A stretch of 63,752 nucleotides of DNA, filler included, from Polymyxa betae A26-41 (Eukaryota; Protista; Endomyxa: Phytomyxea), in assembly GCA_003693705.1 (NCBI GenBank). It is 6 parts of 6 records of this genome, joined end to end, with 100 filler letters (N's around TTAATTAATTAA, not from the genome) between each part and the next. Parts side by side here need not be neighbours in the genome. Positions count along the whole stretch, not along the records: positions 33,784 to 47,292 come from RBZT01000379.1; positions 47,393 to 56,197 come from RBZT01000505.1; 4 more parts are not named here. One strand, written 5' to 3'. Positions 37,831 to 49,713 of this stretch are shown here, one piece after another. Both the position numbers and the translations under genes were made by a program. The first letter of the stretch is position 1; the number at the start of each line of letters is the position of its first letter. The notes beneath the pieces were generated by a model. That model had not been told where the DNA came from. It did not search any database and worked only from the letters and a program-made list of their open reading frames with translations.

Positions 37831-40401
37831 ATCTCTGAGCTATTCGTACTCAGAATGATGAACCAGTTGAACCGATATCCCGGAAACGTCTTCGTATTGA
37901 CGAGACATCATCGCCAACCTACCTTCCGTATTCCATCAATTATGATGTGACTGATATCCATGACTATAACAGTCTCTGCGAATTTCTTATGAGTTTACGG
38001 ACCCTTTGTCTTGCAGTTATATTGACTATAGAGTAGATTAAAGAGCCGAATGAAGAGGAACTTCTTTATCTGTCTTCAAAGTCCGATAATGATGCAGATC
38101 GATACTCCAAGATCAACCGTCCTTTAATTATCAATGTGAAAGGACATGAACTGGATTTGAGTGAAATCCAAAAATTCCAATATGCTCAAAGCACTACAGA
38201 ATCTGATTCTGATTGCGAATCTGTATCGGAAATTGATGTTGGGCTGCCGGATAATTGGAGGGGTTTGGAGGAAGTCTGATGGGAAACCGCGCAAATGGGT
38301 CTATTTATGTCGTACTGTACTCCGATGTGTCATACAATGCTGCCAGAAAGATCTTCGCATGTTTCAGGTATCTGGGGGAATCGCTTCAGTCATCGGGAAC
38401 TGTCGAAAGAATGTTCCGGAGTTGAATGCCGATCTAAGATGTTCACAACCCATCAGACGGTCCGAGATAGTTCTATCGACCCTCCTGCTCTACAGAGGAA
38501 CAAAAATCCGTCCGTAAAACGGATGAAATTTAGTTCACCATCAAAGGGTTTCGTTCTGCCAAAGAAAATAGCGATCTGCCTGAATTTTTGAAATTGTTTG
38601 ATTTTGGGGTGGAGAAGACACGGACTACACCACTCTGTGTGCTTTTCTGGTGAGATTTATTCATATTGAATGCGGAATCTCACCTGAGCTGTAATTCAGA
38701 GAAAGTAGCCTGATGATGACGAGTACGCGTTTCTCACAGAAAAAAGCATCTTGATCCCAACGGATGGTAACATAACAGGTGAAAGAGACCCCATTATTAT
38801 CAAAGTTCTCGATGAGCAGCTCATATTGACCGAACTCTCGCAACTCTCATCGTCGACGACCACGTTACAGAAGCTGATATTGGTGGCCAGTTTATGTCTC
38901 AAATTGATTCGGGCCAAGATTACCGACCCGAAAGTGGACCTGAGACGTGATGGCTGGTGGCTTTGGCAATGGCGAACATGTTTCCCATTACTTTCATGTG
39001 TTCGAATATGCTGACAGAATGATCTTCGGATTTTTCAATCTCGATGGGGAAATCCGATTCGGCATACTGTTTTTCGGATGCTTTGCTCTTTGAACGAAGG
39101 CGGGAGTAAACAGTGCGGATTTGAGACGCTCATTGTCAGTAACAATAGGAGATATTCCATCAAATCACAGCTTGTGTCGGATCGAAAAGGCGTTGTTCAT
39201 TGTCTATTGAGATATTCTCTGAAAGGAATTGAGACGGTACTACTGTGTTCAAGTTGATTTGTGTTTTCTGAATATATCACAGAAGATCATTTTGGAGTGT
39301 CTTCGGCTAATGAATAATTACCTGAAGAAGCAGAAATTGGATTCATCATCTTTTCTGAGTGAATATCTCCGAGATACTCTAAATCTATTATTATTCTGTC
39401 TTGAGCATCATTGCAATAATGATGCCAATTATTTCTCTCATATATTCGGAAATTATATAGATCATTATCAATTTAAACAGAATTATTGTCCTGGACATAC
39501 TGGACAATATCCTGCTCAATCTGCAATATATGCTAACTTGAGTACTTAAATCAGTAAAAAAGAATCAATTTGACTCCGTTATACAAGTGCGTAATGCTCC
39601 CTAATTTTCTATCATAAAACGACTCACCAAACAATACCAAGATTCCAATTTGTACTGTTTCTGCAATAGCGAATTTTTCCAGATGCAAATGCGGATTCGC
39701 TAAGGGGTCCTCCGGATCTCCTTCAACAACTTCAAATTTGCTTTAATAAATTCTGTCAATAGTTGATAGATGGACACTCTATCGGTGTCCAAACAAAACA
39801 GCAGATTTCTGACTGCAAAATGGCGTCACACTAAATCCTTGGAATTCTTTAAGCCTCGTCTTCATTTGAATGAATTTGGGAGAGAACGCTGGAGTGCTGC
39901 GTGCCAGTTGGGGCGCCATTGGGGCCGAGTCAATTCGGAGATTGAAGCAGAGAGGAAGTCGCTTGAGCCGCGAATGTGAGACCTGTAACTATACAGTGAA
40001 GCGACATCATAAGAGCTGTTATCATGGAAGAAGAATGAGAGATGAGAAGTCGAGGCAATGAGACAAAAAGTGAAGAAATTGGAATTTGCTGGACTCGATG
40101 AGAAAGATTCTCGGGAATGGGACCAATAGCAGATGCGATCGCACCCGATCAGGGTGACATGCTAGCCCTGGCGATCGCGGGGCCGTTTCCGGAAGCAAGG
40201 AATAATCGGGAGAGAATGGAGTCGTTGTCATAGGAGCGGCGCTGGACATCAGGCAGCTGTGGAAGCCATCGAAGAGCACCGATTCGAGCGGTAATACAGG
40301 CTCAGAATTCTAAACAAAATCTCCAAAAAACTTCCAAGTTTAAATATGTGGAACCAAATAATAGATGGGGAGCCACTGAGACACTTAGTATATATGAGAA
40401 A

Positions 40402-42447
40402 TTATTGAATGAAACGATCTTCGAATTGCTGCAAAGGGAAATACATCGCGGTAACTGGACGTCCGTTAAAGGCTCTTGTCTTTAAAGTCTGGCGGGCATT
40501 AATGCCATCCGAAACGTTCACGAAGCAAACCAAGACTTTGCTAACCCCTGGAGGATCGTACTCTTTCCCTTCTTTACTTGGCTTGGGAATCCAAACCTGA
40601 AGAACATAAAAATACAACGACACACCAACAAATCTAGCTTTAGACAGCACAATGCCATAAAAAACAAAGCAAATAAGAAAAGTTACATACATCTGCAACA
40701 GGGCCGTATTTCCGGCATTCAGCACGAACATCCAGCGTGATGTCCTCGTATTCTGCAAACGACGGTTAGTTACGAGGATGAAATATCAAAGAGGCTCCAA
40801 AAATGATTTTACAGTATTAGGCTCAAAACATAAAAGCAGATAACCCGGAAAAAAATCAAACCTTCGTCATCTAGAAGCTCGTCGCGTGTGCACAGATTGC
40901 TCAATATCACAACATTGGACACCTCTGTATCACTGCCTTCCTTCAGGATAGGAGTAGCTAATGTGCTAGCTCGGAGACGCCCAGTGCAATCTTCTGGTGC
41001 GGGTGGAAGACCTAGACAATAAAAATCAATCCGGAGTGAAGGCATAGAGCAAGACTGAAATTGTCGAAACATAAATCAGGGACCCTTTTGTCTACACAAG
41101 TAAACAAGCGATTCTGGTCGCATCTTAGATGGACCAATTCGAATCACATTCGTTGCGCAAGGATGTTATCATCATTTCAAATGAAAAGAAAATGAGAAAC
41201 AGACATACCCGCTATATCCATGACGAACGTTTCCAAATGGGGCAGGACAGGAGTATAATCGGCAGGGCGGCCAACACGCAAGGTTCGGCCACCGAGTTGA
41301 AGCCCATCCCATCGATCAATGCACCGCGTCGCATCGGAAACCGACCGCATCTGTGTTCAGCATTATGGACCAATTTCAACAATGAGATCTTAAGCATCCC
41401 ACCTCTACAAACTGTTTCAGATGAGTCAGTAAACGCATAGTTCCTATTCAACCGAAAATTATATCCAGCTTAAGAGCGCAAAAACGAGTCAAAGCCAAAC
41501 GTCTGGCAAAAACCTCCAAGAGGCAAATAGCAGCATCTAACTCGAAAGGAAGACCATAAGGAGATAACAGATAGGAAAAAACATATGGTGATGACTAAAA
41601 GGAAACCGAAGAACAAACAAAGAGCTCAAAAGCAAAAGTAAACGAGCGAAATGTAAAATAAAGCAAAGCACAATCAAAGTTGTAGCTTACACAGAACGAG
41701 CCATCCGAACTTGTCCAGACAGAGACGACTGGATGAGGAGTTGTAATACCGCCTAAAACCAGAAATCAGAATAAGAAAAGCGATTTGACAGAACATGCGA
41801 AAGTTAATTAAATCAGATATCCCATAATCTACATACAGAACCATTAGGCTATAAAGCATAATCCATAAAAATGGCTCAAAGATAGAACTCAGAGGGTTCT
41901 ATTCGTTGCGCAAGGATGTTCTCATCATAGAAAAATAAAAAAAAAAAGCGAAACTGAGCATTACAGTTTGTTGCGGCGTTGGTGAAGAAACTGATGAGAG
42001 CCGACTCTGAATATGTCGACGCCAGCGGCATGTTGCCAACATAGATTCTACGAGCTTGTTTAGTAACCTATAACAAAGACAATATCAGTAAATTTGAAAC
42101 ACACTAAACATTCGCAAGGCAAAAATAGCAAACAACAGCAAAAGATTGCAATTGGCTGGCTAAAACGTAATGGCAAAACTCAACAAAAAGTTAAAACGCC
42201 ATACCTGAGGGTTAGTCCCGATTTGTTGCTGTGAAAGCAGTTGTTTGATAAGGTCAGAGTTGGGCTTGGTAGGGGAGCGACCACGTCGCTCTCGGCTGGG
42301 CGAATTGCGTGACCTCGACCTCGAGCGGGACCCCGGCGAGTCATTACCAGACACATGACGACGGCGCCGACGATCCCTGGACCTCGAGCGGGAGCGCCGC
42401 CGGGGCGAGCGGGATCGCGACCGCGACCGACGCCGAGAGGATGGCAT
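40402..42447 (-). CDS. U2AF large subunit (U2AF65)-like splicing factor: RS domain, one RRM, UHM
   Basis: Exons 42447-42205, 42067-41965, 41752-41691, 41411-41403, 41350-41209, 41011-40862, ~40752-40691, ~40596-40402; RS tract, QARRIYVGN, FC|FVE|MRS, LRVGRPADY, ELLDDEEYEDITLDVRAECRKYG, RAFNGRPV. Confidence 0.9.
41076..41175 (-). ncRNA. Intronic box C/D snoRNA candidate with U6-antisense guide (copy B)
   Basis: Box C ATGATGA 41175-41169; guide CATCCTTGCGCA 41165-41154; D' ACGA; internal hairpin; C'-like GTGTAGA; 11 nt; box D CTGA 41079-41076; ~63 nt upstream of the 3' splice site. Confidence 0.8.
41813..41928 (-). ncRNA. Intronic box C/D snoRNA candidate with U6-antisense guide (copy A)
   Basis: Box C ATGATGA 41928-41922; guide CATCCTTGCGCA 41918-41907; D' ACGA; hairpin ATAGAAC/GTTCTAT; C'-like ATGTAGA; 11 nt; box D CTGA 41816-41813; ~60 nt upstream of the 3' splice site. 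Confidence 0.8.
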
Positions 42448-45279
42448 CGACAACCAAACCGATAGCCGAATGAGAGCATGGCGGAACTGCGCGGGTTGCG
42501 CTACGGCAAGGGTGGTTGCGCCCGTCACCGCCTTGGAGGCTGCGCATCTTTTCTAAGGCTTTCTGCACTTTAGTCGTCTTATCTCTCTCTTTTCATGTTC
42601 GGATTGTAGAGACGTCTAAATGGAGTCGTTGCATTGATTTGATTTGCTGTTTGTGACTGATCAAAGAAATTTGATGTTCCATCGAACACGCCCACACGTT
42701 TAACAGATCGAAGAATCGACATTAAGGCAGGAATATCTGAGAGAATTTTATCCGACATCTTCGACCTATTCTTTACCAAACTGAATGCAGCTCTAAAACT
42801 CTTTCGAATTCTACGGATATATTGTCAAATTGCAAAATTGAAAGACCTAAACAGATAAATATTCGACTAAGAGCTCTTTAGCAGAAGCAAAGCGATAACC
42901 AAAAAGGTGAAATATCGACGGAAATTCGTCAACATTCCGAAGAGGCTGACACCAATTTTCGAATTCAGACAGCCTGAAAACTCCTTCCCAACCTAACAGG
43001 GCCAGAACGACGTCGGGATTCGAGATTGGGTTTATCAATTCAGGATATCTATGAGGAGATCGTCGGGGACCTCGTAGCTGAACGGGAAGACGATGTCGAA
43101 GGGCGGCAGAACCCGAGTGTGGATTCGGGAGAGGACGGGTACGACCAGATTCGGGCGGCGGGCCCGTTCGCGATCCCGAACGATTGAATATCTCATTCGC
43201 TGTACCAATATTCGCTCAGGTTCCTCGAGACCATCAAGCGCAGCTCAATATCAACGGCACAGTCCTCAAACTCATAAATCCATCTTCTTGAATCCAGTTC
43301 GCCGTGTCGCTTTCCCGCTCCCTTCGAATGTCTCAGCTGATTTGGAGTTGGAAATTTCGGAACAGTACGACCAACGTTGCCTTCACATTGTTATGCTGGT
43401 ACTGGAAATTTCGATTGGATTGGATGGTATTAGTTATCGGGCCTTTCTGCAAGGTTGGCGGCACTTTCTTCTAGTGCTGGACTGCTGGGCACAGACCCGA
43501 AGGTCCGTTACTATTGCTAATGCGGAGGCCAAACCCTTGGAGGCAATCGGCGAGTTTCACTTCAAACGGAGGGCTCAGAGACCTACCATTGAAGAATGGT
43601 CACCGGTTGGCCCAATCCTAAACCCTAAACCCCAGCAATGCTGAGATCTCATGCTGGTCTACCAGCTTCTATCACATACTGTATACTAATTGGACAGCCG
43701 TGCTTGCAACGTTTCTACAGCAGTTTTTTCATGGCTTTTGTCTGTTTCCAATGGACAGCAGTCTGTCAAGGTTTAGGGTTTTCAGTATGCTCTTCTGTGG
43801 CGTCATAGAGCCGAATCGAAAATTGAACATTTAATATGATGTTTTAGAGTTTCCTTTCTGCAACAAAATCTGAAATTGTTTTCTTTTAACGCCCAATTGA
43901 TTCCCACAAATCCTGATATTTCAGGTTGGATAGATGGCAGCTTCAACAGAGACGGTTTAAATACGGAGTACATAACAAGTGGAGCTGCTGCAACATTACA
44001 CATCTCGGACCCAAATCCACTCAGTACTATACTTGAACTTGAGATCCACACCTCAATACAGAGAGAACATGTGACCTTCAAGCTATGAAGCAGAAATCCT
44101 CGCATTACAATCTGGCATTCGCTCACAGTATCCGTAGAATAGTCCCATTCTTATCTTTACGGATCATTCATTATTTTGTTTGCAACAACTATCATGCCTT
44201 CCGTACAAATGCAAATTTGTCAATGCTGTCGTGAAAGACGTTGCCGAAAAGCTACGGTAGCTGAATTTAGCGAAGAAAACGAACGCGAACTTCACTTCAT
44301 TCCTAGTCACACAAAACAGATTGCAGAAAGTGATACGATAGACGAACTAGCCTGCAATAGATGGAGAATTGAACATGACCCATTATATTCTGTATAGAAT
44401 TAACGTATACTGTAGGCAGTTACAAAGACAAAAACTACGATCTTTTTCAGAGAAATTTTAGAAAACCAAGCGGATTTGCAAACTACTCGAAACGAACTCC
44501 TCAAATAGACGGTTATTCTCGAACACAGAGTCGAGATGGTAACACAGATTACCAGATCTGCTTTGATAGCCCTCTATTAAACAGAGAACGAACAGGTCAC
44601 AATCGAGCTCGATCCCATTTACAAAACTTAAAAATAGAACCCAGCGATCTATGTCGACACTGCCTTAGAACGAGTGAAACTAGTGAACATCAACTGCTAA
44701 ACCCTAACAAATTTACAGATCAACTGAAAAATATCGAAAGAAATACAAACAAAATGAAATTGCAAACATCAAAGACGCTCTGTTTACGCAAGCCAATCTC
44801 ATGGCAAAGTTTAAAGCATATTCTCACGGCTGTTACATTTAGCTGGCACATAGAAAAAAGCTGGGAATCCATTAGGGGAGTAGTAGAAAGGATAGGGTAC
44901 ATGATGGGTTCGAGTCCCTGTAGGATTGGGCGGGTGCCTACCTTAACTTATCGAGACTCTCTTAGGTCCTGCTGATAGGGCCGCTTACGATCAGCAATTA
45001 TCGAAACAGGAGAAATACTGTAAAGCCCCGAGATCGTTACTCGTTAGTAGTTGGGCAATTTGCCAAAACTTTCCAGCCATGCGATTTGGAAATAGCGCTG
45101 TCTGTTGACCAAAAATCAACCGAATTGAATCGAATCCACTCTTTTTACGGACAGCTCTCATGAATGTAACAAAACATTAACAATTTTGATCGGGCTGCGC
45201 GCTTTCAAGCTCGCAAACTTCAACACGGCCGGGTACTCTCGGCCAAAAAGACGATCAATCTATAACGCTAATCAGCCGA

Positions 45280-45852
45280 ATGGGTAAACGAGCGCGGACC
45301 ACAAATTCAGCGCCGGCTCCGGACTTGAATCAAGCCCTCAAAGGATCGAACGCCCATGCTCCACTGCGTGTTGAAGATGAGAGTCCGTACACGTACACCA
45401 TGTCCGGCGAATGATGTTATGCTGGCAACGTGTTCACCACCAGAGACGTTGCCCAACTGTGCAAGGAATTCGCGAGTCGGCTGGGACCAGGCCATGTCAT
45501 TGTCCCAGAGATTTGTAGAGGCGGGATGCGCTGGTATGATTGGCCAGGAAAGAAACCCGGCCAGTACAAGACTGTTCGATTCCTTGCGTACAATCAGGAT
45601 TCTTTCTGGCCTAAAATCGAGCAGGATTATCCGGACTTGTTGCAATCATGGCTGAAGAACGGCCCCGAGATTATCGGCAAAAGGTTGTATGAACCATTGA
45701 AGTTTTGCTTTAGAGCTTTTCACGGTGCTCCCGTCTGGACCATGGAAGAGCTTCAGAGTCTTCAAGATGCATTCCATTCGCTGGGTCATTGCTGCGACTT
45801 AGTGCCTCAGCTGGTTTCATACGGAGATTTGGGGAAACCAAGCATCAGATGA
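45280..45852 (+). pseudogene. Intronless hypothetical gene with one in-frame TGA (45412-45414)
   Basis: ATG 45280 is in frame with the 140-aa ORF 45430-45852; protein-like motifs GGMRWYDWPGK..YKTVRF, WP, AFHGAPVWTMEEL. Confidence 0.5.
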
Positions 45853-47292
45853 TTGGCTATAGAAGCGTCTGCTTGTATTTTACAAGGCTTTAAAAGATCC
45901 GAATCTTTGACTGTTGCACACTATCCTGCAGATTGTAATGGAGGTTATTTGGGCTACACTTTGCCTGTAATTTTCGCCACGTTGGTCAATGCATTAATGA
46001 CCTTTCGTCGTCTTCTTTTGAACCATCCATCGATGATGTGGTCGTCAATGCCGGCAACTTACCATTCACAGCGCCAATGCTTGTGGAGACGAAGTCCTAC
46101 CGGCAAATGTCTGAGTTTGATTCTCACAGCAAGTGATTATATTTAGGGAATATGCATACTATAGTTAGTATAGTCTATTATATTATAGTTACTCTAATAT
46201 ATCTGTATACTAACAAACAAAATCAAGTTAGTAACAATTTTGTGTGTTACTAACAACATTGATAGGGGTAAGCCTGACTTCTTGCTACTTTTTGTGACGG
46301 CATGACAATCCAAATTCAGGCGGTTCGGAAACCGTCTCATGGGTGGCCGATTGTGTAAATGCAACGTAAAACCATGATATAGAGATAGAGCGACGTCTAG
46401 GACCTGTGTCCCGGTACACCTCCAACAGCAAAAGAGGGAGTAATACATAAAGTAATTATCTGCAATTGATATACAATCATATTATCTTTAATAGACCCAT
46501 ACTACATCGTCCATGTTGAATCCGAATTATGAAGGAATTCGGTTCTTGTTCATCTGCTTGACTTCGTTTCAATCTCGCTCAAGAATGACGATTTTCAATG
46601 TTTTTCGGCTATCAGTCTGTTTCCATACATGAACTGCGGTGACTCAATCAACCATGTTATCGTTATTGTTTGAACTAAATCTTCACAGATGGTAATGTAT
46701 TTCTTATCCGTCTTGATCTGGGTAGATCTCTCATTCATCTCATTATGTCTTTTTACGCGCTGAATAGCAACTGTTTTGCAAAATCGATTCGACTACCAGT
46801 TAGGAAAGCATTCTTCCTAGATCTGGATAAAAAAATATGCGGAGCTGGTCGTGACATTGCCGATGAGCCCAGCTAAGCCAGATCGTTCAACATTTAAAAC
46901 GTGCTTTATATCACTTCAGATGCTGACGGAAAAACTCCATCCTACTGCTAATCAGTTTGAATGCCAAAACACCAACAGAATTGTAACATTTACGATCAGA
47001 TACTCAAACATTTGAATTAAGCACTATTAGTATCCGGTCTAAAGCCAGTTGTTCCAGAGCTGTGTCAAAGATATTAAAGCCAATGTCAGGCAAGTACGAC
47101 CAAGAGAATGTGAACGAAACTGCTAAATGCATCGGAAATCGCAGCCACGAGCGGGTCAGTGTTTTCCCACACTATGGATATCTGTTTCTCTACAAGCTCA
47201 TAACTCCCTTGAATAGGAACAGCCCCAATATGAGCATGTTAGCTCGGCCACAGAATGACCGACGCTGTAGGAGGAGCGGCCTTCGACCTGAA

Positions 47293-47392
47293 NNNNNNNN
47301 NNNNNNNNNNNNNNNNNNNNNNNNNNNNNNNNNNNNTTAATTAATTAANNNNNNNNNNNNNNNNNNNNNNNNNNNNNNNNNNNNNNNNNNNN
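47293..47392. other. Artificial contig linker
   Basis: N-TTAATTAATTAA-N, 100 bp. Confidence 0.98.
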
Positions 47393-47538
47393 ATTTTATA
47401 AGCTCCTAACCCTACGCCTTAGGAAGCCAGCTCCGCTCTGGCTTTGCTCGATATTTCGCTCTGACGTCGAGGAACCAGCTCGGGAAGTAAAAATACTCTC
47501 GACTCCCTCTTCTGAGACAATATGCTGGCTGGAATTTA

Positions 47539-47701
47539 ACGGGCGTTTTCCACCATATCTCTGTTCAATCGCGGTGACGCTTCTCGACAGACACTGAGAA
47601 CATTTTTCTATCCGCCAGTGGATAGTTGGACTGCTTGACTGGTGGCGGATGGTCGAAAAGAGTCATCGCGATTGAACACAAGACGGGCGGAAAATGCCCG
47701 T
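47539..47701. mobile_element. Tourist-like (PIF/Harbinger) hairpin MITE
   Basis: Ends ACGGGCGTTTTCC/GGAAAATGCCCGT; inner IRs TGTTCAATCGCG/CGCGATTGAACA and ATCCGCCA/TGGCGGAT; TTA on both flanks. Confidence 0.7.
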
Positions 47702-49713
47702 TTAATGTTAGCACCTTAAACTTCTATTACAACGAAATAAATATTCTGTACGACTGCGATTCGTTTCAACCAAGAAGGTACTAGAGTAGAATATTGCAAA
47801 TACTAGAAAGATCCCAAAAGAGCAGCTCCGTGCAGGTCAGAAAGTAAACAATCAAACTGAGCGCGTAACGTACCAACACCGACTGACGGTTAACAACTAG
47901 GTAGGTTGCACAGCTTGCTGGTGAGCTGTGATTGTGACGGATGAATCTGGATCCTGATCACCCTTTTAGTGGGCTGCGTAGAGAAATTGTGACTGGTTCA
48001 GCTCTGATGACTCCAGTCACAGTTTACAAAATCGCCTAAAGCAAGGCTAAAGTTGCATTGAACTCAGTTTGCAAAACACAATTACAGTTACCTCCTTTCA
48101 GATAATTTGCCAACACAATTTAACGCCGGCTGAATCACTTCTGGTCAAGAACAGAGCCAGACCAAAAAGATGACCAGAAAGCGCTTTTCAACTCTTTGAT
48201 AATAGTTGATTCCAATAAAGAGCAGATGTCAGCAAATCAATATTTTTTAGGTTTGACGTCCTTCATTCTTGTTTTGAAGTAGCGACTTGACAACTGACAA
48301 CAAGATGCTGAGATAGCAAAGACAACAGAAAAGTCCAATACAAACAGGTTGATCCCAAAGCTGTGACAGCAAATTATCGACTGGAGGAGAAAATATGAAA
48401 ATATTTGATCGAGATCGCTTTGAAAGTTGTGTCTTCTATCTTAACCTTACATCTTGAATCATGCAAATGCATTCAATCTGTTTTATTTAGACTATTTGGC
48501 CTCGCGAACCCTCGGTTTGTGCCGCAGCAGCTACCGCTTCAGGATCGACGACCGCAAAAGTATGTGATCCTAAACGTCAAATTCAGCACTGATATACAAT
48601 TGCAAATAAAAAAACATTTTTGTTCTTTCAAATGTCTTGAGATCCTTGCAAATTCTTCGAAGTCGGGTTTTCGACGATATTCCCTGCCGGCTGTTCAAAC
48701 CTGAGCTATCTCAGCTTAAAACCAATATGGAGACGTTGGCTCTTACTTCACTATGAGTTCGAGCGTGAATTCTGTTTGGATACAATGCAAAATTCGCCTC
48801 TTCGAAACCAGATACATCAACCTCACCTGCAGCTGAAGATGAAGTTTAGCAAGATATGGAATTATATAAAAGACATGATCATATTACCTTCATAAAATAC
48901 AACAGGATTGTAAGAATCATGTTGAAAATTCACAATGCACTCTCGGTCAGCTCAGCATCTTGTGATTTCAACCCGGAAGTGCCGAATCTTTTTGACTCGA
49001 ATACTGGCAAAGTCTTTGATAGTCACCCTGTGGTTTCTGACATGAGAGCTCGAGAGTACGCACTGTTACAGAGATAATCAGCGTTTCTAAAGAATAGGGC
49101 GATGGCAGCTTCACATACTGATACGAAGCGAAAACAAACATCAATCACGATAAGCGTGATGGCTAGGAGATGATCTAGCAAGTGATAACGACTGTCGTTG
49201 ATAGGATCAATGAGGTCGGACGGAACTGGCCCTGAACTGCTTCATGTGTAGAGGTAACTGAACCTCTGTATCCGAAGTCATCTAAGGATAAGCGACTTTA
49301 AACACAGAGATAACGCTCGATACCTAAAAACAGTAATAAGGTGTAAGATATATCATGACGGCCATGTTGGCTGAAATCAAAATTCGTGTTGATCTTCATC
49401 TGTACTCTGTAGCAAACCTGTTACTTCGCCAGTCGTGATAATACGTAACCTCTGGAAAACTGATCTGCAAGCGTTGGGCGTTCCAACGAATGCGTTTTAT
49501 TCCGGAGTGAGTGGCGCGTCGTCATCGCCTGGTTTGGTCCGGCCGGCCTGTAGGACGTGGGGACGCGGGCGCCTCCTCTAGACGACCGTGCAAACAAGCA
49601 GGTGTGTGTGTGTGTTGTGTGTGTAGTACTTGGCAGAGCCTCCCTTCACACCTCAACACCAGCTACTTTGTGAGAGTCATAGAACACGGCGCTGCTCTTT
49701 CTATATTTTAAAA

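Noticed and set aside
40017-40298. Possible solo LTR (TGTTA...ATACA)
   Set aside because: No matching target-site duplication and no second copy in the window.
41154-41165. U6 snRNA gene on the plus strand
   Set aside because: Only 12 nt match U6, with no ACAGAGA box; the match sits between C and D' boxes on the opposite strand, so it is better read as a guide.
41907-41920. 18S rRNA (CAAGGAUGUU) as the snoRNA target
   Set aside because: Pairing would break at the positions next to the D' box, whereas U6 pairs for 12 nt right up to it; not fully excluded without this organism's rRNA.
43615-43635. CCCTAAA telomere-like repeats (also ~7690 and ~43771)
   Set aside because: Only 1-2 units, internal to contigs.
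43093-43644. 183-aa plus-strand ORF and similar shadow ORFs opposite real genes and TEs
   Set aside because: No recognisable motif; consistent with chance or antisense frames.
44880-44925. GGTTCGAGTCC B-box/T-loop suggesting a tRNA
   Set aside because: No A-box, D-arm or acceptor stem could be folded around it.
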